Position numbers and translations under genes: made by a program. The notes beneath the pieces are model-generated. The model worked only from the letters and a program-made list of their open reading frames with translations, was not told where the DNA came from and ran no database searches. Positions 1-7,646 of a DNA stretch of 19,119 nt are shown here, one piece after another; within the stretch, counting starts at the first letter, position 1, and every line of letters starts with the position of its first letter. This DNA comes from a virus, in the UHGV virus genome UHGV-0349885. The stretch is one strand, 5' to 3'.

Positions 1-1
1 G

Positions 2-100
2 ATGGCTGAAAAATTATCCACCTGGAAGTTCATTCTTATCTGGCTGGTGTTTGTGATTATGGCCTCCGGTTATTTCATCGGTCAGATACGCTGGTGGTGA
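2..100 (+). CDS. Window-edge small hydrophobic ORF (MAEKLSTWKFILIWLVFVIMASGYFIGQIRWW); either a 32-aa membrane peptide or the C-terminal end of an upstream lysis-cassette gene
   Basis: In-frame ATG at 2 to TGA at 98-100, ending 1 nt before the Rz start at 102. Single hydrophobic stretch. True start may lie outside the window. Confidence 0.25.
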   Translation: MAEKLSTWKFILIWLVFVIMASGYFIGQIRWW

Positions 101-101
101 A

Positions 102-569
102 ATGAACCGCGTACTGTGCGTGGTCATCATTGCCCTGCTGGTGGCCTGTGGTGCGCTTAGTCTGGGGCTGAATCATTACCGTGATAACGCCATAACCTAC
201 AAAGAGCAGCGCGATAAAAAAGTCAGTGAGCTGGAGCAGGCAAATGCAACCATTACTGATATGCAGCAGCGCCAGCGTGATGTTGCTGCACTTGATGCCA
301 GATACTCGAGGGAATTAGCCGATGCGAGAGCTGAAAATGAAACTCTGCGCGCTGACGTTGCCGCTGGTCGTAAGCGCCTGCGGATCAACGCCACCTGCCC
401 CGGTACCGTGCGTGAAGCCCCCACCACCTCCGGCGTGGATAATGCAACCGGCCCCCGACTGGCAGACACCGCTGAACGGGATTATTTCACTCTCAGAGAG
501 CGGTTGATGCTGATGCAGAAGCAGCTGGAAGTGGCGCAGGAATATATCCGCACTCAGTGCCTGAAATAA
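102..569 (+). CDS. Rz: Rz-like inner-membrane spanin (i-spanin) of a lambdoid lysis cassette
   Basis: 155 aa with N-terminal TM segment (MNRVLCVVIIALLVACGALSL) and coiled-coil-rich periplasmic part; contains an embedded +1-frame Rz1-like ORF, the classic lambda Rz/Rz1 architecture. Confidence 0.85.
   Translation: MNRVLCVVIIALLVACGALSLGLNHYRDNAITYKEQRDKKVSELEQANATITDMQQRQRDVAALDARYSRELADARAENETLRADVAAGRKRLRINATCPGTVREAPTTSGVDNATGPRLADTAERDYFTLRERLMLMQKQLEVAQEYIRTQCLK
322..507 (+). CDS. Rz1: Rz1-like outer-membrane lipoprotein spanin (o-spanin), fully embedded in Rz in another frame
   Basis: ATG at 322 (alternative ATG at 337); signal peptide with lipobox LVVSAC followed by a proline-rich mature region (PPAPVPCVKPPPPP), entirely inside Rz. 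Confidence 0.8.
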   Translation: MRELKMKLCALTLPLVVSACGSTPPAPVPCVKPPPPPAWIMQPAPDWQTPLNGIISLSESG

Positions 570-785
570 GTTTTGCTGATGCGCGGTATTGTCGCCGTAT
601 CCCCGCATTAACAGAGACCGCAGCCCGACCGGGAGACTCCTCTGCGCGAGTGTGCGGGGATAATCAAAAACGATACACACCGGGGTTTACCGCGTTAACG
701 GAGCGCGGCGTTGTCCCCTCATAGTCGCCTGTCCGGTGCGATAGTGGAAGAAACTGGACTACATTGAAAATGATAACCATTATCG

Positions 786-985
786 TTTTTGCGGGTCCTT
801 TCCGGCGATCCGGGCCGTTACGGGGCGGCGACCTCGCGGTTTTTCACTATTTATGAAAATTTTTCAGGGAAAATCGTGTCGGTACTTCTCGAATATAACT
901 TTTTGTTTTTTTTTATATTGCATCCGTAAAGGTCCGACATGAAAGTGTCCGAAAATGCCTTTTTCTGGCGTTTTCATGTCGGGCC
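786..985 (+). other. Prophage cos site (lambda-type): cosQ-like GGGTCCTTTCCGG at 793-805, cosN GGGCGGCGACCT at 823-834, I2-like CGCGGTTTTTCACTATTTATGA, then cosB with inverted repeat CCGACATGAAA (934-944) / TTTCATGTCGG (972-982)
   Basis: Near-identical to the lambda cos junction as recalled from memory (acgggtcctttccgg...ttacg|gggcggcgacctcgcgggttttcgctatttatga); lies immediately upstream of the Nu1-like gene, as in lambda. Confidence 0.85.
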
Positions 986-1010
986 TTGTATTTGATAATG
1001 GGTTGTTTTC

Positions 1011-1559
1011 ATGAAGGTTAATAAAAAGAGGCTTGCCGAAATTTTCAACGTGGACCCGCGGACGATTGAACGCTGGCAGTCTCAGGGACTCCCTTGCGCC
1101 TCCAAAGGTAGTAAGGGCATTGAATCTGTATTTGATACTGCCATGGCAATTCAGTGGTATGCGCAGAGGGAAACTGATATCGAAAACGAAAAGCTCCGCA
1201 AAGAACTGGACGATTTGCGTGCGGCAGCGGAGTCAGATTTACAACCCGGCACCATTGACTATGAACGCTACCGGCTCACAAAAGCGCAGGCAGATGCGCA
1301 GGAACTGAAAAATGCCCGTGAAGACGGAGTAGTGCTGGAAACTGAACTGTTTACCTTCATTCTGCAACGTGTGGCACAGGAGATTTCGGGGATACTTGTG
1401 CGTGTGCCGTTGACATTACAGCGTAAATATCCGGACATTTCACCATCACACCTTGATGTGGTGAAAACTGAAATCGCGAAAGCCTCCAATGTTTCAGCTA
1501 AGGCCGGTGAAAACGTGGGCGGGTGGATCGATGATTTCAGACGCGCAGAAGGCAGCTAA
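1011..1559 (+). CDS. Nu1: Terminase small subunit, lambda Nu1-like
   Basis: 182 aa; N-terminus [28 protein letters not shown] closely matches the lambda Nu1 N-terminal winged-HTH (MEVNKKQLADIFGASIRTIQNWQEQGMP, from memory); directly downstream of cos; 3' end overlaps the next gene's start as in lambda. Confidence 0.9.
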   Translation: MKVNKKRLAEIFNVDPRTIERWQSQGLPCASKGSKGIESVFDTAMAIQWYAQRETDIENEKLRKELDDLRAAAESDLQPGTIDYERYRLTKAQADAQELKNAREDGVVLETELFTFILQRVAQEISGILVRVPLTLQRKYPDISPSHLDVVKTEIAKASNVSAKAGENVGGWIDDFRRAEGS

Positions 1560-2513
1560 TGCAGCCGGTGCGATAGCAACAGGGCTTTTATCTCTCATTA
1601 TTCCTGTTCCACTGACGACAGTTCAGTGGGCCAATAAACATTATTACCTTCCTAAAGAGTCGTCTTATACCCCGGGGCGGTGGGAAACACTGCCGTTTCA
1701 GGTTGGCATCATGAACTGTATGGGCAACGATTTGATTCGCACTGTTAACCTGATTAAATCTGCCCGTGTTGGTTATACAAAGATGTTGCTGGGAGTGGAG
1801 GCTTATTTTATTGAGCATAAATCACGCAACAGCCTTCTTTTTCAGCCCACGGACTCAGCTGCTGAAGATTTTATGAAATCTCATGTTGAGCCAACGATAA
1901 GGGAGGTTCCTGCGTTGCTGGAGCTGGCTCCATGGTTCGGAAGAAAACACCGCGATAATACGCTCACCCTGAAGCGTTTTTCCTCCGGTGTGGGTTTCTG
2001 GTGTCTGGGGGGAGCGGCAGCAAAAAACTACCGTGAAAAATCCGTGGATGTGGTCTGTTATGACGAGCTTTCCTCGTTCGAACCGGATGTTGAAAAAGAG
2101 GGTTCGCCAACCCTGCTGGGGGATAAACGTATTGAGGGCTCTGTATGGCCCAAATCCATTCGCGGCTCGACTCCTAAAATCAAAGGCTCCTGCCAGATCG
2201 AAAAAGCCGCTAACGAGTCGGCACACTTCATGCGTTTTTATGTGCCCTGTCCGCACTGTGGGGAGGAGCAGTATCTGAAATTTGGCGATGAGTCCACGCC
2301 TTTTGGGCTTAAATGGGAGAAGGACAGCCCCGAAAGCGTTTTCTACCTCTGTGAGCATCATGGCTGCGTGATCCATCAGTCTGAACTGGACCAGAGTAAC
2401 GGGCGGTGGATCTGTGAAAACACGGGCATGTGGACCCGTGACGGCCTGACGTTTTTCAGCGCTGCGGGTAATGAAATTCCGCCGCCGCGCTCCATCACTT
2501 TCCATATCTGGAC
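1531..2513 (+). CDS. A: Terminase large subunit (lambda gpA-like), N-terminal 327 codons, interrupted by insertion; in the integrated state the frame reads on into element DNA to a stop at 2757
   Basis: ATG at 1531 overlapping the Nu1 end; strong similarity to lambda gpA ([20 protein letters not shown], Walker-A-like [41 protein letters not shown]); similarity stops at HIWT (about 2513) where the integrase-proximal element sequence begins. Confidence 0.85.
2503..2513 (+). repeat. attL core: left copy of 11-bp direct repeat CATATCTGGAC
   Basis: Identical 11-mer at 14392-14402; both copies encode H-I-W-T of the terminase at the points where terminase homology breaks and resumes. Confidence 0.75.
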
Positions 2514-2683
2514 TATGCAATCATTATCTTTCATTGCCGTTTCTTTTTGTGTTTCTTCTTATTCAATAAGTTGCGGTTTCTTCAATTGTGTGCATTGTTC
2601 CTTTTTTTTCGCTTTTTTATCGCCAGTATTCTGGCAAAAGGAACCAGCGCATGGACTAGAAAAATTTGTATTGGAGTGCTTGT

Positions 2684-3916
2684 ATGTCGGTGAAGCCTCT
2701 TACTGCATCAGAGGTAAAAAGCGCCAGGCCACGAGAGAAAGATTACGCTCTGTATGATGGGTTTGGGCTTTTGTTTTATGTGTCAAAAGCCGGTAGTAAA
2801 TCGTGGCGTTTTCGTTATGTACAACCTTTTACGAAGAAGCGGCAAACATACACTATAGGGCGATACCCGGATTTCACACTGGTTGAAGCCAGAGAAGAAC
2901 GCGATAAGCTGCGCAGATTGCTGGCACGGGATATAGATCCGTTATCATACCGGGCAGAAAAACGACTTGAGGCTAAAAGAAAGCACTTACAGACGTTTGG
3001 TGCTATTGCAATTGAATGGTTTAATTTTAAGAAAAAAGGTGATTTGCGGCTGTCGACTTTACAAACAATAGAGGAATTATTGAACAGACATATAATTCCT
3101 GTATTCGGAAATATGTACTTACATGATATGACCGCGCCAGTGGTTATTTCACTGCTTAATCAATTTTCTGATCGTAATGCTGTACTGGCTAAAATGCTGT
3201 CAAAAATTAATGAAATAATGAATTACTGTGTTAACTCTGGAGTGATTAAAAACAATCCGCTATCAACAATAAGAAAGGCATTTGTAATAAAAAAAGATAC
3301 ACCATTAAAAGCATTACCAGTTGAACGGTTATCAGAATTTTTGAACTGGTGGGAGACCACAAGTAATATCTCTATGAGATGCTCTCTTTTGTTCCAGATT
3401 GTCACTATGGTAAGACCATGTGAAGCAAGGGAGGCAAAATGGGAAGAAATTGATTTAGAAAATTGTATCTGGACAATTCCCCCTGAAAGAATGAAGTGTG
3501 GACGTGAACACGTAGTTCCGCTTTCACGGCAAGCCGTGGATATTTTAAGTGAAATGAATAAAATAAAATGTGGTAGCTATATATTTTTTTCTCCAAAGAA
3601 TCCGGGGAAAGCTATATCAAGCGTGTTGCGTCATAAGTGTTTCAGAGAGGGGCCATTTTATGGTGTTGCAACTGCTCACGGATTCCGGGCTATGTGGAGT
3701 ACGTTACTCAATGAAGAAGGGTTTAACCCAGATGTTATTGAGGCAGCATTGGCCCATAAAAGCGGCGATGCTATTCGTGATATTTATAATCGCTCAAAAT
3801 ATTTTGAGCAACGTAAGATCATGATGCAATGGATTGGTGATTTTGTTGATGATGCCAGAAAGGGAATTATCCGCCGTTCTGGTGGTCATCAGGGGCTAAA
3901 AGTAGTGAATATGTGA
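2684..3916 (+). CDS. int: Tyrosine site-specific integrase, P4-type
   Basis: ATG at 2684 with GGAG 8 nt upstream (ORF track begins at an upstream TTG, 2666). N-terminus MSVKPLTASEVKSARPREKDYALYDGFGLLFYVSKAGSKSWRFRY matches the P4-integrase N-terminal arm-binding domain; C-terminal region has HGFRAMW and RDIYNRSKY consistent with catalytic His/Arg/Tyr. Confidence 0.9.
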   Translation: MSVKPLTASEVKSARPREKDYALYDGFGLLFYVSKAGSKSWRFRYVQPFTKKRQTYTIGRYPDFTLVEAREERDKLRRLLARDIDPLSYRAEKRLEAKRKHLQTFGAIAIEWFNFKKKGDLRLSTLQTIEELLNRHIIPVFGNMYLHDMTAPVVISLLNQFSDRNAVLAKMLSKINEIMNYCVNSGVIKNNPLSTIRKAFVIKKDTPLKALPVERLSEFLNWWETTSNISMRCSLLFQIVTMVRPCEAREAKWEEIDLENCIWTIPPERMKCGREHVVPLSRQAVDILSEMNKIKCGSYIFFSPKNPGKAISSVLRHKCFREGPFYGVATAHGFRAMWSTLLNEEGFNPDVIEAALAHKSGDAIRDIYNRSKYFEQRKIMMQWIGDFVDDARKGIIRRSGGHQGLKVVNM

Positions 3917-3922
3917 GGCAAT

Positions 3923-4132
3923 ATGAGCACTAACGGCAATATTCTATTTACCAAAGACGTGATGGCAGAGCTTCGCTACGGTGCAATGAGTGCGTTTTAC
4001 GCTTTCATGAACGATGAAAAAAATAAATTTCCACGCCCCTTTAAGATTGGGCGACGCAACGCATGGCATCGTGATGATGTTGCATCGTGGCTGGAAAGAC
4101 AACGAAAACAAGCTAATGAATATCGTCAATGA
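3923..4132 (+). CDS. alpA: AlpA/Xis-family small DNA-binding protein (putative excisionase / transcriptional regulator)
   Basis: 69 aa, immediately after int, GAGG Shine-Dalgarno; sequence FTKDVMAELRYGAMSAFYAFMNDEKNKFPRPFKIGRRNAWHRDDVASWLE fits the AlpA/Vis/Xis HTH pattern; followed by a terminator. Confidence 0.7.
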   Translation: MSTNGNILFTKDVMAELRYGAMSAFYAFMNDEKNKFPRPFKIGRRNAWHRDDVASWLERQRKQANEYRQ

Positions 4133-4140
4133 TTGATATA

Positions 4141-4164
4141 CCCCGCGCAATGCGGGGTTTTTTG
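4141..4164 (+). terminator. Rho-independent terminator after alpA
   Basis: Hairpin CCCCGC-gcaat-GCGGGG (4141-4157) followed by TTTTTT. Confidence 0.7.
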
Positions 4165-4178
4165 TATATGAGGTAAAA

Positions 4179-4760
4179 ATGATGAATAAAAATATTGCCG
4201 TGACGGGCAAGGGTGACGCACGTCATGTGAAAAAAGTCTGTGATATTCGTGATCTGGTCGTTCTGCGCTTTGATGGCGTGAGCGTTCGCGTGGTGTATCT
4301 GAACGGCGATCCGTGGTTTGTTGCAAAGGATGTCTGCGCTGCGCTGGAACTGACCAATTCGCGTACGGCGTTGCAGATGCTTGATGATGATGAAAAGGGA
4401 GTAAATTTAACTTACACCCCCGGAGGAAATCAGAATATGAGCATTATCTCTGAGTCAGGTTTCTACAAACTAATAGTCCGCAGCCGCAAAGCAACGACGC
4501 CTGGCACATTTGCTCATCGTTTTAGTAACTGGGTATTCAGAAATGTGATACCGGGTATCAGAAAAACGGGGGCTTATGGTATCCCGTGGGGTGCATTACA
4601 GGATTTTTCCCGCCGCAAAGAGCAATATCAGATAAGTGCCAGCGAGAAGGGGAGGGCGCTACAGGCATGTAAGCGCAAAAAACGTGAACTGGAGGAAGAA
4701 GAAAAAAGGCTGATACGTGAATATCAGCCTGAGTTTTACTTTGGTGAGCGTATTCAGTAA
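4179..4760 (+). CDS. BRO-N / KilA-N domain protein (phage antirepressor-like)
   Basis: 193 aa; N-terminal region LRFDGVSVRVVYLNGDPWFVAKDVCAALELTNSRTALQMLDDDEKG ... IRKTGAY matches the conserved BRO-N antirepressor motif; GAGG SD; charged coiled-coil-like C-terminus. Confidence 0.75.
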   Translation: MMNKNIAVTGKGDARHVKKVCDIRDLVVLRFDGVSVRVVYLNGDPWFVAKDVCAALELTNSRTALQMLDDDEKGVNLTYTPGGNQNMSIISESGFYKLIVRSRKATTPGTFAHRFSNWVFRNVIPGIRKTGAYGIPWGALQDFSRRKEQYQISASEKGRALQACKRKKRELEEEEKRLIREYQPEFYFGERIQ

Positions 4761-5040
4761 CCACACGCGGTGCTGATTATACGGTACATCGTGTTAACCG
4801 AGAAGCTACCCACCAGCAAGGCAAAATCTTCTGCTAAAAAATGACATATGACCAGTCGTCCAGAAAGCATGAAATTTTACAAAAATGGAAAATGAAGATT
4901 TTTATTGTGCTAGTGGGTAAAAACAAAAAGCGCCCCGTTGCCGGAGCGCCCTTGCGAACAATTAACCTGCTGCGAAAAAATTGGATCAGTGCAAGGAAAT
5001 TATATCAACTGTGTGAAGAAGCGCCACAATTGCCGGATAA

Positions 5041-5073
5041 CAGGCAAAGAAAAGGCCACCTGTCACGGTGGCC
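5041..5073 (-). terminator. Minus-strand rho-independent terminator
   Basis: Perfect 7-bp stem GGCCACC/GGTGGCC (5054-5060 / 5067-5073) with 6-nt loop; on the minus strand it is followed by TTTTCTTTG; it lies downstream of the minus-strand regulator gene. Confidence 0.5.
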
Positions 5074-5392
5074 CTTCAACACAAATTGCGCGTTATCCCC
5101 AACGCATGAGCATCGCCAACAATGCCATATTTGCGGCTGGTGGGCAAAGCCTGAGCGATCCTGTGATTACAGGAACTACGGCATTGTCTCGGTTAGGTAG
5201 TGCTCAACTTTTTTTCAACTCTACATCGCAAGCACGCCGTAATAAATCGCCCTTATCGTTTGAGCAAAGACTATTTTTCTCAAAGCATGATATTAAGAGA
5301 AAGATTGTGATAATTAAAGCAACCATCATTGGTACATGTTTTTTTAATTTTAACATCTTTTACTCCTATGATTATCGCCATCGTTCTTCATG

Positions 5393-5590
5393 TTATGACG
5401 TGATTAATGATTTCTCGGATTCACTGGCCTTGCGCCGCTGGCGATATTCAACTTCTCGTTTTAATGCCGCAGTAACAAATTGCCCCGTACTTTCGCCAGG
5501 CATTTTTACCGCCTCAACATTGTTCATAACTTCATGCGGAACCCTTGCCGCAACGGTTTGTGATTTTGCGTTTACTGCTTTTGTCGCCAT
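5393..5590 (-). CDS. Small putative DNA-binding regulator (candidate repressor of the element; possibly ribbon-helix-helix-like)
   Basis: 65 aa, ATG at 5590 with GAGGGG SD; divergently oriented from the operator/promoter cluster at 5641-5692. Fold assignment is by eye only. Confidence 0.5.
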   Translation of the reverse strand: MATKAVNAKSQTVAARVPHEVMNNVEAVKMPGESTGQFVTAALKREVEYRQRRKASESEKSLITS

Positions 5591-5640
5591 GTGGTGTACC
5601 CCTCATAAAAAACAAATGCAGTATGCAGGAAAAAAAATAA

Positions 5641-5692
5641 GTGTTCAACACTTGACGTGTTTAACACCTGGGTTTAAATTGGTGTTCAACAC
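5641..5692. promoter_or_regulatory. Divergent promoter/operator region: three palindromic operators GTGTTCAACAC (5641-5651), GTGTTTAACAC (5657-5667), GTGTTCAACAC (5682-5692) overlapping a rightward sigma70-like promoter (-35 TTGACG 5652-5657, 17-bp spacer, -10 TAAATT 5675-5680)
   Basis: Three copies of an 11-bp perfect palindrome GTGTT-N-AACAC seen directly; they sit between the minus-strand regulator gene and the plus-strand early operon. Confidence 0.6.
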
Positions 5693-5789
5693 CTTGTTGG
5701 CGCAAGGTGCAGAAACGACGAAACCCGGCAGTGCGCTAACACTAACCGGGCTTCTAACCACCAACGATAGCGAAAGTATCGAGGCAGCT

Positions 5790-5993
5790 ATGAGAAATCA
5801 TACCACACACCCGCAAGGGCGGGACTCGCACGACCTGAATAAATACATCTGGCGTTTTATCGCCCTGAGCACGGCACAACCGCGCGTGATTACCATCGAG
5901 GCCACCAGCGAACAGGAAGCGCGTCAGCAATCTCCGGCTGGCTGCGTGATGGTATTCGCTGCCCGTATTCGCCAGGGGTCACATCATGCGTAA
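5790..5993 (+). CDS. Small early protein, Icd-like (P4 host cell-division inhibitor family) by motif
   Basis: ATG 5790 with GAGG SD 5 nt upstream; 67 aa; motif YIWRFIALS...RVITIEATSEQEARQQ...VFAARIRQG recalled as characteristic of Icd-like proteins of P4-type elements. Family assignment from memory only. Confidence 0.5.
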   Translation: MRNHTTHPQGRDSHDLNKYIWRFIALSTAQPRVITIEATSEQEARQQSPAGCVMVFAARIRQGSHHA

Positions 5994-6447
5994 AAACCGC
6001 TTGCAAAAAATTATCACGGGGCTGTATGCTTCCCCCGTCGCCCACATGGCGACCGGGTTTGACAGCCTGAATACATCTGGCGGACAGCCGCCCACATCCG
6101 ATAAGCGGTTTTTTTGTGTCCGTAAACCTACCCATACCCGCATTATGGCGGGGCGTAACGGGGGAGCCTTTGTGCTCGCTGGTTTCCAGATGACCAGTCT
6201 GTCAACCCTGTTACGTCTCGCCACCATGTTTGACAGCGTAGTAGCGAGACTCCTTAAAATTCATCTGGGAGCCTTTCACATGGCTGTATCCGCACGCCCT
6301 TATTTTGTCTGGCGCTTTATGCAGTGCCTGACAGACAGCATTGCAATATTCACCGTTACCGCTGCCACTGAGCGCGAAGCACGTGCACAGCTGCCGCACG
6401 CACATCTGATTTTTGTCGCCCGTATTCGTCAGGGGGTAGGCTTATGA
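5986..6447 (+). CDS. Icd/Ash-like paralog (153 aa) carrying the same C-terminal motif
   Basis: Start overlaps the previous stop; C-terminus YFVWRFMQCLTDSIAIFTVTAATEREARAQLPHAHLIFVARIRQG is a clear paralog of the 5790-5993 product. Confidence 0.5.
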   Translation: MRKNRLQKIITGLYASPVAHMATGFDSLNTSGGQPPTSDKRFFCVRKPTHTRIMAGRNGGAFVLAGFQMTSLSTLLRLATMFDSVVARLLKIHLGAFHMAVSARPYFVWRFMQCLTDSIAIFTVTAATEREARAQLPHAHLIFVARIRQGVGL

Positions 6448-6677
6448 GTCAGGAAATCACACTACAACAGGCAGCAGAACGCGCCCACCAAATCGAAGTT
6501 ATTTGCGCACTGGCAGAGGATTACCCTGGCATGATGACCGACAGCGAATCAGGGGCAATCATCGGCTTACTTAAACGCCTTAGCGGTGAGGTCTGCGTAT
6601 TCCTGAGCGATGAACAGGAAAGAAGAACGCTTATTTCTAACGAAAAAAAATGCGGAGGGGTACACCATGTGCAATAA
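6444..6677 (+). CDS. Hypothetical small protein (77 aa), translationally coupled in early operon
   Basis: ATG overlaps the preceding stop (ATGA); GGGGG SD upstream; no recognisable family. Confidence 0.5.
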   Translation: MSQEITLQQAAERAHQIEVICALAEDYPGMMTDSESGAIIGLLKRLSGEVCVFLSDEQERRTLISNEKKCGGVHHVQ

Positions 6678-6888
6678 CATCCGTCCGGACGCAGCAGCCG
6701 CCGCGCTCACTACGCTGATGCACGCGCTTATCGATATTGAATGCACTGCAGAGCTTGCGCAGGGAGAAGAACAGAAAGACCGGACACAGTTCGCCCTGGA
6801 ATGTATCCGATACATCGCAACGCGGTCGCTGAATGAAGCTAAAAATATTCTTGTTGCTGATTGTGAAAATGGGGGGGGTTATGCGTGA
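6667..6888 (+). CDS. Hypothetical small protein (73 aa from ATG 6667; ORF track offers an upstream start at 6610)
   Basis: Strong SD GGAGGGG 7 nt upstream of ATG 6667; stop overlaps the next start in the 8-mer ATGCGTGA. Confidence 0.45.
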   Translation: MCNNIRPDAAAAALTTLMHALIDIECTAELAQGEEQKDRTQFALECIRYIATRSLNEAKNILVADCENGGGYA

Positions 6889-7114
6889 TGATCGTTTTAA
6901 TTCCCTGAAACAGGAATTTTCCGGCGTTCCTGATGATGCGGCTGATGCGCTTTCGTCAATGCCAGAACTTATTAGAGCGGCTTTTTTCTTACTTTCCACG
7001 AGAGAATATAAATCAACGGGGCTTGATGTACTGAATATCGCCGCCGATTATGCGGAATATGTGGCAGAGGCGCGTTATAGAAGAAAATTTCCTGAGGATG
7101 TAAGCCATGCGTGA
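6881..7114 (+). CDS. Hypothetical small protein (77 aa, MRDDRFNSLKQEF...)
   Basis: ATG 6881 inside the overlap 8-mer ATGCGTGA; acidic and helical; no recognisable family. Confidence 0.45.
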   Translation: MRDDRFNSLKQEFSGVPDDAADALSSMPELIRAAFFLLSTREYKSTGLDVLNIAADYAEYVAEARYRRKFPEDVSHA

Positions 7115-7268
7115 TATTTACCACGAAACAATAGACCGCGCATTTCTTGCACTTTCTCACAGTGAAAACATGCTGGAAATATTGCGCATATGGCTTGAAA
7201 CACTTGGCGACAATGAACGCGACAAACAAAAAATCAAGAATTGCCACGGCATTAATAACGCTTCTTGA
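7107..7268 (+). CDS. Hypothetical small protein (53 aa, MRDIYHETIDRAFLALSHSENMLEILRIWLETLGDNERDKQKIKNCHGINNAS)
   Basis: ATG 7107 again inside an ATGCGTGA overlap with the preceding stop (7112-7114); translated by hand; competes with ORF-track 7147-7341, which needs a TTG start. Confidence 0.3.
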   Translation: MRDIYHETIDRAFLALSHSENMLEILRIWLETLGDNERDKQKIKNCHGINNAS

Positions 7269-7346
7269 GCCTGTAATAATGGAACTGCAAGAAATAGATC
7301 TATTGCACGACAGATATAAAGAACAGCACACCGGAGAATAAAAATA

Positions 7347-7646
7347 ATGAAACTTAAATATTCTGGCTTAACTGCCAGTGGCAACACTCACCCTAAATTT
7401 ACGCGCGGCGATATTTACCGCGACCAGTACGGCGGCACGGTAATGATTAAGGGCGTGGAAGAACGGCGCGTAACCTACCGCCGTGAAGGTTACGAATATG
7501 ATTGCGTGATGCCTGTTTATCAGTTCCGGCGTGATTTTTCTCTGGTACAGACCGCGCCGCATAACGTGTCCACCAGCAACGCCAGGGCACGGGCAAACAT
7601 CCAGAAGCTGAAAACCATGATTAACGGATTCAGGGGTAAAAAATGA
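7347..7646 (+). CDS. Hypothetical protein (99 aa) immediately upstream of and coupled to the primase gene
   Basis: ATG 7347 with GGAG upstream; stop overlaps the primase ATG (ATGA); no recognisable family. Confidence 0.5.
   Translation: MKLKYSGLTASGNTHPKFTRGDIYRDQYGGTVMIKGVEERRVTYRREGYEYDCVMPVYQFRRDFSLVQTAPHNVSTSNARARANIQKLKTMINGFRGKK

Noticed and set aside
601-659. Inverted repeat CCCCGCA ... TGCGGGG after Rz, considered as a terminator
   Set aside because: Arms are 45 nt apart and there is no T-run immediately after; not a canonical intrinsic terminator.
4841-5200. 119-aa plus-strand ORF downstream of the BRO-N gene
   Set aside because: No SD, odd composition, and it crosses the minus-strand terminator stem at 5054-5073; more likely non-coding.
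4938-5993. 351-aa plus-strand ORF spanning the intergenic region, the regulator gene and the operator region
   Set aside because: Non-ATG start, Cys/His-rich low-complexity translation, runs through a terminator hairpin and the operator/promoter cluster, and is antisense to a well-formed gene; only its last 67 codons (5790-5993) look like a real gene.
7147-7341. 64-aa ORF in the track overlapping the hand-called 7107-7268 ORF
   Set aside because: Requires a TTG start with no SD, whereas the 7107 ATG sits in the same ATGCGTGA coupling context used at 6881; kept as the less likely alternative.
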